NCBI GenBank assembly: GCA_902587755.1
Contig: CACIMN010000001.1
Coordinates: 318,669 to 382,668 of the forward strand
Origin: an uncultured Pelagibacteraceae bacterium
GTDB lineage: Bacteria > Pseudomonadota > Alphaproteobacteria > Pelagibacterales > Pelagibacteraceae
Reading direction: 5' to 3'
DNA: 64,000 bases
This document shows, one piece after another, positions 1 through 8,335 of this stretch. The translations under genes and the position numbers were made by a program. The notes beneath the pieces are model-generated. The model made no database searches, was not told where the DNA came from, and saw only the letters and a program-made list of their open reading frames with translations. Positions within the stretch are counted from its first letter, which is position 1; each line of letters starts with the position of its first letter.

Positions 1-380
1 AAATCTTTATAAGTGATTTTTGCCTTTAATACTGCTTTTCTTGCAAGTTCAGTAGTTGTAGCAGCTACAGCAAACAATGGTTGACCAAAAAACTCAACTT
101 TTTTATCTGGAAATATTGGATCACCATCAAAAACAGGGCCTACATCGTTCCTTCCTGAAATATCACTTTGAGTGACTACTGATATCACCCCTTCACTTTT
201 TTTTACATCTCTTAAGTCTATTTTTTTGATTATTGCATGAGCTTTTTTACTTAAACCAATAGCACCATAAATTGTATTTTTTGGTTCATTAATGTCGTCA
301 GTGTATTCAGCGTATCCACTTACATGCTTATAAGCACTATCATGTGGTCTTACATCATTAATATAGTTCTCTTTGCTCAT
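1..380 (-). CDS. xdhB: Xanthine dehydrogenase molybdopterin-binding large subunit, N-terminal part (partial, continues past the window edge)
   Basis: The minus-strand frame is open to position 1. My translation from the ATG at 378-380 reads MSKENYINDVRPHDSAYKHVSGYAEYTDDINEP...GRNDVGPVFDGDPIF, typical of the XdhB/aldehyde-oxidase N-terminal domain. The start abuts the xdhA stop (381-383). Confidence 0.8.
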   Translation of the reverse strand, partial: MSKENYINDVRPHDSAYKHVSGYAEYTDDINEPKNTIYGAIGLSKKAHAIIKKIDLRDVKKSEGVISVVTQSDISGRNDVGPVFDGDPIFPDKKVEFFGQPLFAVAATTTELARKAVLKAKITYKD

Positions 381-1817
381 TTAATTTACTCTTGATAGCT
401 TATTAGAATCTATTTCTACGAAACATTTCATCAATAAATTTTTTGCTATCTCTAGTCTATATTCTTTACTTGCTCTCATATCCCCTATAGGACTTAGGTC
501 TTTATCAAGATAATTTTTGGCTAGATTAAAAGTACTTAAATTAAGAGGTTTATTCTTAAGAATTTTCTCACAGGCTTTAGCTCTTTTTGGTACAGCTGCC
601 ATACCTCCAAAAGCAATAAAAACCTCTTTAATTTTATTTTTATCAATTTCAAAATTAAAAGATCCACAAACAGATGAAATATCATCATCGAATCTTTTTG
701 ATATTTTAAATGCTTTAAAAATATTTTTCTTAAATAATGGTATTTTTACTGAGTGAATAAATTCATTCTTTTTTAATTTAGTTTTTCTATAATCAAGGAA
801 AAAATTGTTTATAGGAATAACTTTTCTTTGATTGAAGCTTTCAATTAAAATTTCTGCATTTAAAGATAACAAAATTGGTAATGTATCACCTATCGGAGAT
901 GCTGTTGCAATATTACCACCTATAGTTCCTACATTTCGAATTTGAACAGAACCATATCTTTTAAGAACTAAATAAAAATCTGGATAATGTTTTCTAATTT
1001 CTTTTTCAAATTTTATTAAAGGTGTAGAGGCACCAACCTCAAGGTAATTTTTATTTACTTTAATAAAGTTTAATTCTTTTATTTCTTTTAAATCAATTAT
1101 AAAAGGAATTTCTTTTCTTTCTTTTGTAACTTTTAAAGATAAGTCTGTTCCGCCTGCAAGAAAACTAAAATTAGAGTATTTTTTAATTATATTTTTTAAA
1201 TCCTTAATATTCTTTGGTGAAAAATAAATTTTATCATCTTTTTTAATATAAATATTTTTTGGTTTAATTTTTTTTAATAATTGAATAACTTTATTATTAT
1301 TTTTACTAAATTGATCATTCCTGTTTTTCTTATCTAAACTTTTTGCAGCATCTATTATAGGTCTATATCCAGTGCAACGACATAAATTACCTGATATAGA
1401 ATCTGTTATTAATTCATTATTAAGATTTTTATTATTTTTAAACATTGAAAATAAAGCCATAACAAATCCTGGTGTACAGAAACCGCATTGGGAACCATGA
1501 AATTTTACCATCGCATCTTGTACAGGGTGAAGTTTGCCATCTTTGGAAACCAAATCTTCTACAATTAAAAGTTGTTTACCATTTAATGATGGAACAAATG
1601 AAATACAGGAATTAATCGCTTTATATATAATCTTATTATCAACTAATTCACCTAAAACAATTGTACACGCACCACAACCACCCTCTGAACATCCTTCTTT
1701 GGTTCCAGTCTTTTTTAATTCGGTTCTAATATAATTAAGTAAGGTTTGATTTGGATCAGGATTATTAATTACTATAAGCTTATCATTTAACAAAAATTTA
1801 ACAGAGCTCGATATCAC
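381..1817 (-). CDS. xdhA: Xanthine dehydrogenase small subunit (2x[2Fe-2S] + FAD-binding)
   Basis: 478 aa with Fe-S motifs CSEGGCGAC and CGFCTPG...CRCTGY, plus an FAD-binding domain (FLAGGTDL). The GTG start lies immediately after the hiuH stop (TAAGTG). Confidence 0.9.
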   Translation of the reverse strand: MISSSVKFLLNDKLIVINNPDPNQTLLNYIRTELKKTGTKEGCSEGGCGACTIVLGELVDNKIIYKAINSCISFVPSLNGKQLLIVEDLVSKDGKLHPVQDAMVKFHGSQCGFCTPGFVMALFSMFKNNKNLNNELITDSISGNLCRCTGYRPIIDAAKSLDKKNRNDQFSKNNNKVIQLLKKIKPKNIYIKKDDKIYFSPKNIKDLKNIIKKYSNFSFLAGGTDLSLKVTKERKEIPFIIDLKEIKELNFIKVNKNYLEVGASTPLIKFEKEIRKHYPDFYLVLKRYGSVQIRNVGTIGGNIATASPIGDTLPILLSLNAEILIESFNQRKVIPINNFFLDYRKTKLKKNEFIHSVKIPLFKKNIFKAFKISKRFDDDISSVCGSFNFEIDKNKIKEVFIAFGGMAAVPKRAKACEKILKNKPLNLSTFNLAKNYLDKDLSPIGDMRASKEYRLEIAKNLLMKCFVEIDSNKLSRVN

Positions 1818-2168
1818 TTAACTACCTCTATAAGTAGAATAACTCCAAGGTGAAACAAGTAAAGGAACATGATAATGTTGTGAGGGATCTGAAATACCAA
1901 ATCTGATAACAACATCATCCAAGAATGGAACATCGCTAGCTGCAGATGTATTTTTAAAATAATCACCAATATGAAAAACTAATTCATATTTACCCTTAAC
2001 AAAAATATCTCCCTCAGCTAATGGTGAATTAGCTCTACCATCGTCATTGAGTTTTGTTGAAGTTAATTTTTTTCGTTCTGAATTATTAATATAAAACAAC
2101 TCAACTAGGATACCTTTGCCAGGTTTACCAGAATACACATCTAAAACATGAGTTGTGAGCTTTGTCAT
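1818..2168 (-). CDS. hiuH: 5-hydroxyisourate hydrolase (transthyretin-like)
   Basis: 116 aa with N-terminal LTTHVLD and the diagnostic C-terminal YRGS tetrapeptide (..YSTYRGS). Confidence 0.92.
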   Translation of the reverse strand: MTKLTTHVLDVYSGKPGKGILVELFYINNSERKKLTSTKLNDDGRANSPLAEGDIFVKGKYELVFHIGDYFKNTSAASDVPFLDDVVIRFGISDPSQHYHVPLLVSPWSYSTYRGS

Positions 2169-2214
2169 AAAATTATAATATCATTTAATTTCAAACTTAA
2201 ATTTTTAAAGTTTA

Positions 2215-2712
2215 ATGAGAACAATAGATAACATTAACGATCTTAACAAGTCTGATTTTTTGTCTTTATTTGGTAATGTTTTCGAAAAAACTGATTCAGT
2301 TGCAGTGGAAGCTTTTGAGTCAAAACCATTTAAAAACTTTGAAGATATTATGTTTAAAATGCTTGATATTTATGAAAATTACGAAAAGAATAAAATTTTA
2401 GAGATTTTAAATGCTCATCCTGAGCTTGCTGTAGCAAAAAAAATGACCTCTGAATCTATATCAGAACAAGCCTCTGCAAAATTAGACCAATGTTCTAATG
2501 ATGAATATGAAGAATTTAAAAAATTAAATTCAGAATATAAAAAAAAGTTTAATTTTCCTTTTATAATTGCCGTAAAAGGTAAAGATAAAAATGAAATTTT
2601 GAATAATTTTAGACAAAGAATACAAAGTGATGTAGAAAGTGAATTCCTTGAAGCAAAAAAACAAGTAAAAAAAATCGCAACCTTTCGTTTGAATGAAATA
2701 AATAAAAAATGA
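2215..2712 (+). CDS. uraD: 2-oxo-4-hydroxy-4-carboxy-5-ureidoimidazoline (OHCU) decarboxylase
   Basis: 165 aa with OHCU-decarboxylase-like blocks (NAHPELA, FPFIIAVKGK). It is the first gene of a four-gene unit coupled by ATGA overlaps. Confidence 0.85.
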   Translation: MRTIDNINDLNKSDFLSLFGNVFEKTDSVAVEAFESKPFKNFEDIMFKMLDIYENYEKNKILEILNAHPELAVAKKMTSESISEQASAKLDQCSNDEYEEFKKLNSEYKKKFNFPFIIAVKGKDKNEILNNFRQRIQSDVESEFLEAKKQVKKIATFRLNEINKK

Positions 2713-3695
2713 AAAAATTTATAAGTGCAAAAATGATTAACTTAGCGGACCCAAGAATTGGATCTAAAGTTATATTTAAGACTGACGATTTTTTTGCAGC
2801 TGCTCATAGAATATTAAACATCGAAACTCCAGTTTTTAAAGATGGACTATTTGACAAACATGGTAAATGGATGGATGGATGGGAAACAAGGAGAAGAAGA
2901 TCAAAAGGTTTTGATTATTTAATTTTAAAACTTGGTAAACCTGGGAAGATATTTGATATAGACATTGACACAACACACTTCAATGGAAACCAACCCACAC
3001 ATGCTTCGTTAGAGGGTTGCTTAAGCAAAACAAAGCCTAATAAGGAAACAAAATGGATTTCTTTACTAAGTAAAAAAAAACTTGGGCCAAACCGAAACCA
3101 TAATTTCAAATCAAACAACAAATCTGTTTTTAATTATATAAGACTAAACATTTTTCCAGATGGTGGAGTTGCAAGACTAAGGCTTTATGGAAAAATTAAA
3201 ATGGAGAAAAACTTTTTAAATAACAAAACTATTAACCTTACATCTGTTTTAAATGGCGCTTCAATTGTTGGTTGTAATAATGAGCATTTCGGCAGAGCTG
3301 AAAATATCATAGCACCTGGTAAAGGAAAAAATATGGGAGATGGTTGGGAAACAAGAAGAAGTAGAGGAAAAAACTTTGATTGGCTTATAATAAAATTTGG
3401 AAAACCAGGATTAATAAAAAAGCTAGAGATAGATACCCATCATTTTAAAGGAAACTATCCCGATAGTTGTTCAATTCAAACTGCAAACATTTCAAAAGAT
3501 CTTTCCAATAAATCAATTGTCAAAAATTCAAAAAATTGGAAGTTTATTTTAAATAAGTCAAAACTGTCAGCTCACAAGAAACATATTTTTAAAAAATTTT
3601 TAATTAGGAGAAGTAAGGAAAATTATCTTAGAATTAATATCTATCCAGACGGTGGAATTTCAAGAATAAGGGCATTCGGAAATTTTGTGAAATGA
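2709..3695 (+). CDS. alc: Allantoicase
   Basis: 328 aa with two tandem allantoicase repeats, each carrying GWETRR(R/S)R and a ...PDGG(V/I)(A/S)R(L/I)R.(Y/F)G ending. ATGA overlap with uraD. Confidence 0.92.
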   Translation: MKKFISAKMINLADPRIGSKVIFKTDDFFAAAHRILNIETPVFKDGLFDKHGKWMDGWETRRRRSKGFDYLILKLGKPGKIFDIDIDTTHFNGNQPTHASLEGCLSKTKPNKETKWISLLSKKKLGPNRNHNFKSNNKSVFNYIRLNIFPDGGVARLRLYGKIKMEKNFLNNKTINLTSVLNGASIVGCNNEHFGRAENIIAPGKGKNMGDGWETRRSRGKNFDWLIIKFGKPGLIKKLEIDTHHFKGNYPDSCSIQTANISKDLSNKSIVKNSKNWKFILNKSKLSAHKKHIFKKFLIRRSKENYLRINIYPDGGISRIRAFGNFVK

Positions 3696-4183
3696 AAATA
3701 ATAAAAGCAAAAAAAATTACAAAAAAAAATTTTTCTAAATTTGGTCAATTAATAGATACGTCAAAAAAAAATCCTATAAATATTAATGATGGGTATGCAA
3801 AAAGATTTGATAATTTGATAAACCTAGATGCATCTAAAAACAAAGGGAAAGCAATTGTTAGTATTTTTAAAGCAAAAAAAAGAAGGTTTCCTATGAAAAT
3901 TGATATGATGGAAAAACATCCTTTAGGAAGCCAAGCCTTTATACCAATGGAAGATACAAAATTTTTAGTATTTGTAGCACCAAAAGGAGATAAACCAGAT
4001 GTAAATAAAATCCAATCCTTTTTAGTTCCAAAACAAACTGGGGTTAATTACAATGCTGGTATTTGGCACTTTCCGTTGATTTCTGTGAAAGATATGAATT
4101 TTCTAATTGTTGATAGAAAAGGAAAAGGAAATAATCTTGTTATTTATAAATTTAAAAAAGATAAAATTATTTTAAAGAAATGA
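3692..4183 (+). CDS. allA: Ureidoglycolate lyase
   Basis: 163 aa, ureidoglycolate lyase/hydrolase family (MEKHPLGSQAFIP, GIWHFPL). ATGA overlaps on both sides. Confidence 0.85.
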   Translation: MKIIKAKKITKKNFSKFGQLIDTSKKNPININDGYAKRFDNLINLDASKNKGKAIVSIFKAKKRRFPMKIDMMEKHPLGSQAFIPMEDTKFLVFVAPKGDKPDVNKIQSFLVPKQTGVNYNAGIWHFPLISVKDMNFLIVDRKGKGNNLVIYKFKKDKIILKK

Positions 4184-5079
4184 AAAAAAAATATCCAAGA
4201 GATTTGGTGGGATATGGTTCCAAACAAGTTAAGGTAAGATGGCCTGGTAATGCTAAGTTAGCTTTACAATTTGTACTAAATTATGAAGAAGGAGCAGAGA
4301 ATTGTACTCTCCACGGTGACAAAACTTCAGAAGTATTTTTATCAGAAATTATAGGAGCAAAAGCAATTAAAGGTCGACACTTAAATATGGAGTCAATTTA
4401 TGAATATGGATCAAGAAGAGGATTTTGGAGAATTCACGACCTCTTTAACAAAAAAAAAATTCCACTTACTATTTTTGGAGTTGGTATGGCATTGGAGAGA
4501 AATAAAGAAGTTTGTTCTGCTATAAAAAAAGCAAATTATGAAGTTGCTAGCCATGGGTGGAGATGGATTGATTATCAAAATGTATCAAAGAAAAAAGAAA
4601 AGAATGATATGAAACTTGCAATCAAATCTATAAAAAAGATTTTTGGCTATCAACCTGCTGGTTGGTACACTGGTAGGTGTAGCACAAATACTTTAGATTT
4701 AGTAATCGAAAATGGTGATTTTTTATACTGTAGCGACACATACAGTGATGATCTTCCTTACTGGATAAAAAAAGGTAATAAAAAACAATTAATGGTTCCT
4801 TACACACTTGATAACAATGATATGAGGTTTGCAACCAATCAAGGATTTAATTCAGGTGAACAATTTTATAATTATTTAAAAGATAGTTTCGATGCTCTTT
4901 ATGAGGAAGGAAAATCTTCACCAAAGATGATGTCAGTTGGCTTGCATTGTAGATTAATTGGAAGACCTGGTAGAATACAGTCTCTTAAAAAATTTTTAAA
5001 TTACATCACAAAATTTAAGGATATTTGGATCTGCAAAAGAGTAGATATAGCTAAACATTGGATAAAAAATTATAGTTAA
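4180..5079 (+). CDS. puuE: Allantoinase, PuuE type (polysaccharide-deacetylase fold)
   Basis: 299 aa NodB/polysaccharide-deacetylase-like protein (NYEEGAE, HGWRWIDY, VGLHCRLIGRPGR). Length and purine-catabolic context match PuuE. Confidence 0.8.
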   Translation: MKKKYPRDLVGYGSKQVKVRWPGNAKLALQFVLNYEEGAENCTLHGDKTSEVFLSEIIGAKAIKGRHLNMESIYEYGSRRGFWRIHDLFNKKKIPLTIFGVGMALERNKEVCSAIKKANYEVASHGWRWIDYQNVSKKKEKNDMKLAIKSIKKIFGYQPAGWYTGRCSTNTLDLVIENGDFLYCSDTYSDDLPYWIKKGNKKQLMVPYTLDNNDMRFATNQGFNSGEQFYNYLKDSFDALYEEGKSSPKMMSVGLHCRLIGRPGRIQSLKKFLNYITKFKDIWICKRVDIAKHWIKNYS

Positions 5080-5086
5080 TTTTTTA

Positions 5087-5410
5087 TTATTGTTCCGCAG
5101 CTACAGAGGTGTAATGAGCAACTGCCTCTATTTCCTCATCAGTTAGTATACCATCCATTGCAGGCATTACTCCTATACCGTTTCTAACTGCCATTATAGT
5201 TCTTTGGACATCAGGTCTGATTTCATTTAAATTTGGACCAACCATTGCATTCGATCCAGCATCAGAGAGCATATGGCATGCTACACAATTACCAGCTCCT
5301 AGAAAAACATCTTTTCCCTTATTAAATAATTCATCAGCATTAGCTTGTATAATTGACGCTGATATTAAAAATAACAGAGCAATAAATAAATTTAAAAATA
5401 ATTTTTTCAC
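5087..5410 (-). CDS. Periplasmic class I c-type cytochrome
   Basis: 107 aa with a signal peptide (..SASIIQANA/DE), a single CVACH haem motif and a distal Met in GVMPAM. Confidence 0.85.
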   Translation of the reverse strand: MKKLFLNLFIALLFLISASIIQANADELFNKGKDVFLGAGNCVACHMLSDAGSNAMVGPNLNEIRPDVQRTIMAVRNGIGVMPAMDGILTDEEIEAVAHYTSVAAEQ

Positions 5411-5455
5411 TTCAAATTTGGTATCATAAATAAAAAAATTAAAAAGAAGAATTAA

Positions 5456-5785
5456 ATGAGAAAATTATATGAATTAAAGATTATGGAAGAAGCAATTTCT
5501 TGGGTAAAATTTAACAAAAAAGTGGTGATCGCAACAGTTATAAATACTTGGGGTTCTTCACCATTTGAAATAGGAACAAAAATGATAATCAATGAGAAAG
5601 GTGATTTTTTAGGTTCAGTATCAGGTGGCTGTGTTGAGGCTAGTGTAATTGAAGAAAGCCTAAATTTATTAAAAAATAAATATTTATTTAAGAGATTAGA
5701 CTTCGATGTCTCAGATAAAAATGCTTGGAACTATGGTCTTGCATGTGGTGGAAGTTTATCAGTATATATTGAGCAAATTAATTGA
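5456..5785 (+). CDS. XdhC/CoxI family accessory protein, N-terminal-domain-only polypeptide
   Basis: 109 aa. VVIATVINTWGSSPFEIGTKMII...GSVSGGCVEASV matches the XdhC_CoxI N-domain. Its TGA stop overlaps the next start (TGATG). Confidence 0.75.
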   Translation: MRKLYELKIMEEAISWVKFNKKVVIATVINTWGSSPFEIGTKMIINEKGDFLGSVSGGCVEASVIEESLNLLKNKYLFKRLDFDVSDKNAWNYGLACGGSLSVYIEQIN

Positions 5786-6471
5786 TGAAAATAGATATAC
5801 TTCAAGAAATAATTGAAAAAAAAATATCAAAAAAACGATTTGCGGTCTTAACAAATTTAATGAATGGAAAAAGTGAATTATTTGAACTTGGCAATCAACT
5901 AAGTGATGATTTTAAAGTTCACAAAAAAGATATAGAAAATTATTTTAGTCACAAAAAAAATGGTATTATAAGTGAAACTAATATATTTATCCAAAATTAT
6001 ACAAAACCTATTGAAGTTATAATTGTTGGCGCGGTTCATATTGCCCAATATTTAATTGATTTCTCAAAAAATCTAAATTTAATGATTACCATCATTGATC
6101 CAAGAGAGTATTTTACAAAAAAACAAAAATTTCAAAACGTTAAAATTATAAATGAATGGCCAGAAAAAATTTTAAAAAAAATACAAACTGATAATAATTA
6201 TGCATTAATTACTCTAACCCATGATCCAAAAATAGATGATTCAGCATTACAGTTTGCTCTAAAAAATAAATTTTTTTATATTGGTGCACTTGGAAGTAAA
6301 AAGACTCATGACAAAAGATGTAAAAGATTGAAAGAATACGGTTATACTTCTGAACAAATTAATTCTATCCATGGACCAATAGGATTAAAACTAGGAGGAA
6401 AATCTGCTCCTGAAATTGCTTTATCGATCATTTCTCAATTAGTTTTAGAAATTAATAGATTGAATGTTTAA
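5785..6471 (+). CDS. XdhC family accessory protein, C-terminal Rossmann-like-domain polypeptide
   Basis: The ORF track starts at TTG 5782; the ATG is at 5785. IIVGAVHIAQYL...IIDPRE...LTHDPKIDDSAL...YIGALGSKKTH...GPIGLKLGGKSAPEIALSI matches the XdhC C-terminal domain. Confidence 0.75.
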   Translation: MKIDILQEIIEKKISKKRFAVLTNLMNGKSELFELGNQLSDDFKVHKKDIENYFSHKKNGIISETNIFIQNYTKPIEVIIVGAVHIAQYLIDFSKNLNLMITIIDPREYFTKKQKFQNVKIINEWPEKILKKIQTDNNYALITLTHDPKIDDSALQFALKNKFFYIGALGSKKTHDKRCKRLKEYGYTSEQINSIHGPIGLKLGGKSAPEIALSIISQLVLEINRLNV

Positions 6472-6520
6472 CTTTTTTTAATTTAGTAATAAGTTATTTT
6501 TCATTAAAAAATATTAAAAT

Positions 6521-7411
6521 ATGAAAATATACGATTGTTTTATGTACTTTGATGAAGATCTTATCTTAGACTTAAGACTAAATATACTTAATCCTTTCAT
6601 AGATTACTTTGTTATTGTTGAAAGTACTTTTAATCATAAGGGTGAAAAAAGAAAATTAAAATTTGATATAAATAAATATAAAAAATTTGAGAATAAAATA
6701 ATTTATTTAATTTTTGACAAAGAGCCGAGTGGTATTGAAAAAGTATTTGATACAGATAACGAGGGTGAAGTATCAAGAAAACTTATATTAAATGCTGCTT
6801 CTAGAGAAAATGGACAAAGAAATTTTATATCAAAAGGTTTGGAACGTGCAAATGAAAAAGATTTAATTTTAATCTCTGATGTTGATGAGATCCCCAATCT
6901 AGAAAAAATAAATTGGAATACTTTAAAAGACCAAATTGTTTTGTTTAAACAAGACATGTTCTACTATAAATTAAATTTGAGATTGCCAGACCTGATTTGG
7001 TCTGGATCAAAGGCCTGCAGAAAAAAATATTTAAAATCTCCTCAATGGTTAAGAAATGTTAAAGATAAAAAATACTCATTTTTCAGACTTGACACTTTAT
7101 TTTCAGAAAAAAAATATATTAATATTAAATTTATAAATAATGGTGGATGGCATTTCTCAAATATAAAAACTGCTGCAGAAATTGAATATAAGTTAAAATC
7201 TTATCTTCATCACCGAGAATTTGATTTAAATCCCATATCTGAAAGCGAAATTGAAGATATAATCAAAAATAAACAAGCAATTTATGATCTTAAGGTAGAT
7301 AAAAAAATAAACAAAATAGGAAGTGGCAATAAACTTGTTGAACATCCTTTAAATAAATTACCATCATATATTTTAGAAAATATTGATAAATACAAAGATT
7401 GGATTAATTAA
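6521..7411 (+). CDS. Glycosyltransferase family 17 (GnT-III-like) protein
   Basis: 296 aa. The N-terminus MKIYDCFMYFDEDLILDLRLNILNPFIDYFVIVES is characteristic of GT17, and an SDVDEIP acidic motif is present. Confidence 0.75.
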   Translation: MKIYDCFMYFDEDLILDLRLNILNPFIDYFVIVESTFNHKGEKRKLKFDINKYKKFENKIIYLIFDKEPSGIEKVFDTDNEGEVSRKLILNAASRENGQRNFISKGLERANEKDLILISDVDEIPNLEKINWNTLKDQIVLFKQDMFYYKLNLRLPDLIWSGSKACRKKYLKSPQWLRNVKDKKYSFFRLDTLFSEKKYINIKFINNGGWHFSNIKTAAEIEYKLKSYLHHREFDLNPISESEIEDIIKNKQAIYDLKVDKKINKIGSGNKLVEHPLNKLPSYILENIDKYKDWIN

Positions 7412-7412
7412 T

Positions 7413-7703
7413 ATGAAAAAAGGTTATTGGGTATGTATATACGAAAAAATTTATAGTGAAGAAAAATTAAAAGAATACGCAATCAAATCAAAGTTAGCTG
7501 TAGAAAAATTCTCTGGTAAATTTCTTGTTAGAGGTGGAAAGAGCAGAAAAAATGATGGAATTAATTCCCCTAGAGTAGTGGTAGTAGAATTTCCAAATTT
7601 TAATAGCGCAATTGATTGTTATGACTCTACTGAGTATCAAGAGGCCCATGATATTCTAAAAAAATACGCTAAACGACATCATCAAATAGTTGAGGGAGAT
7701 TAA
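7413..7703 (+). CDS. DUF1330 domain protein
   Basis: About 96 aa counted from the ATG at 7413, one nt after the GT17 stop; the track start at 7383 would overlap GT17. YWVCIYEKI...VVVEFPNFNSAIDCYDSTEYQEA is DUF1330-like. Confidence 0.65.
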   Translation: MKKGYWVCIYEKIYSEEKLKEYAIKSKLAVEKFSGKFLVRGGKSRKNDGINSPRVVVVEFPNFNSAIDCYDSTEYQEAHDILKKYAKRHHQIVEGD

Positions 7704-8335
7704 TATTGAATAGGTTCAGGGTCTATACTTCTCCATAAATACCAAGTTGCAACCGAACAATAAGGTGAAAATCGCTTATTTAAATATTTTACATAACTTT
7801 CTGGCGGTAAATATTTTTTATTGTAATTTTTTGAAATAGCTCTTAATAAACCAATGTCCTGAACTGGCCAAATATTTGGACGGTTATATGTGAATAACAA
7901 AATCATCTCTGCAGACCATCTTCCTATTTGTCTAAGTTTTGAAAGATAAACGATAGCATCCTCATCAGACATTTTTGAGATAAGTCTTGAATTAAATTCT
8001 TTATTCAAAACTTGCTTAGCCAAACTTTTAATACCTTTTACTTTTTGTCTGCTTAACCCACAGCTTTTTAGCTGAGAAGGAGATAATTTATTTACTGTTT
8101 TTGCATTAATTTTATTTTTACATTTTTTCTTAAATTTTAAAAAAACTGAATTTGCTGCTGTAACACTAATTTGCTGACCAATAATACTTTTACAAAGTGA
8201 AAAGAAAATATCTTTTCTTGAAGTAAGAACTTTCTCTGATGGAGATTTATAATGTTTAATTAGTGATGACATTACTTTATCTTTTTTTGACAAGTATTTT
8301 TTTGCTTTAATCCAATATGATGGGGTTTTACTCAT
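7700..8335 (-). CDS. alkA: DNA-3-methyladenine glycosylase II (HhH-GPD family)
   Basis: 211 aa with a helix-hairpin-helix (QIGRWSAEMILLF) followed by the catalytic-Asp region (PVQDIGLLRA). Confidence 0.8.
   Translation of the reverse strand: MSKTPSYWIKAKKYLSKKDKVMSSLIKHYKSPSEKVLTSRKDIFFSLCKSIIGQQISVTAANSVFLKFKKKCKNKINAKTVNKLSPSQLKSCGLSRQKVKGIKSLAKQVLNKEFNSRLISKMSDEDAIVYLSKLRQIGRWSAEMILLFTYNRPNIWPVQDIGLLRAISKNYNKKYLPPESYVKYLNKRFSPYCSVATWYLWRSIDPEPIQY

Noticed and set aside
7383-7412. Track-suggested upstream starts that create long same-strand overlaps: DUF1330 at 7383, decarboxylase at TTG 26197, ampG at TTG 34365, ctpA at 46041, rppH at 47191.
   Set aside because: In each case an ATG lies at or just after the upstream stop codon. 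That start gives a protein whose N-terminus matches family expectations, for example a signal peptide beginning at MKKIKF for CtpA, or an SD before 26212.
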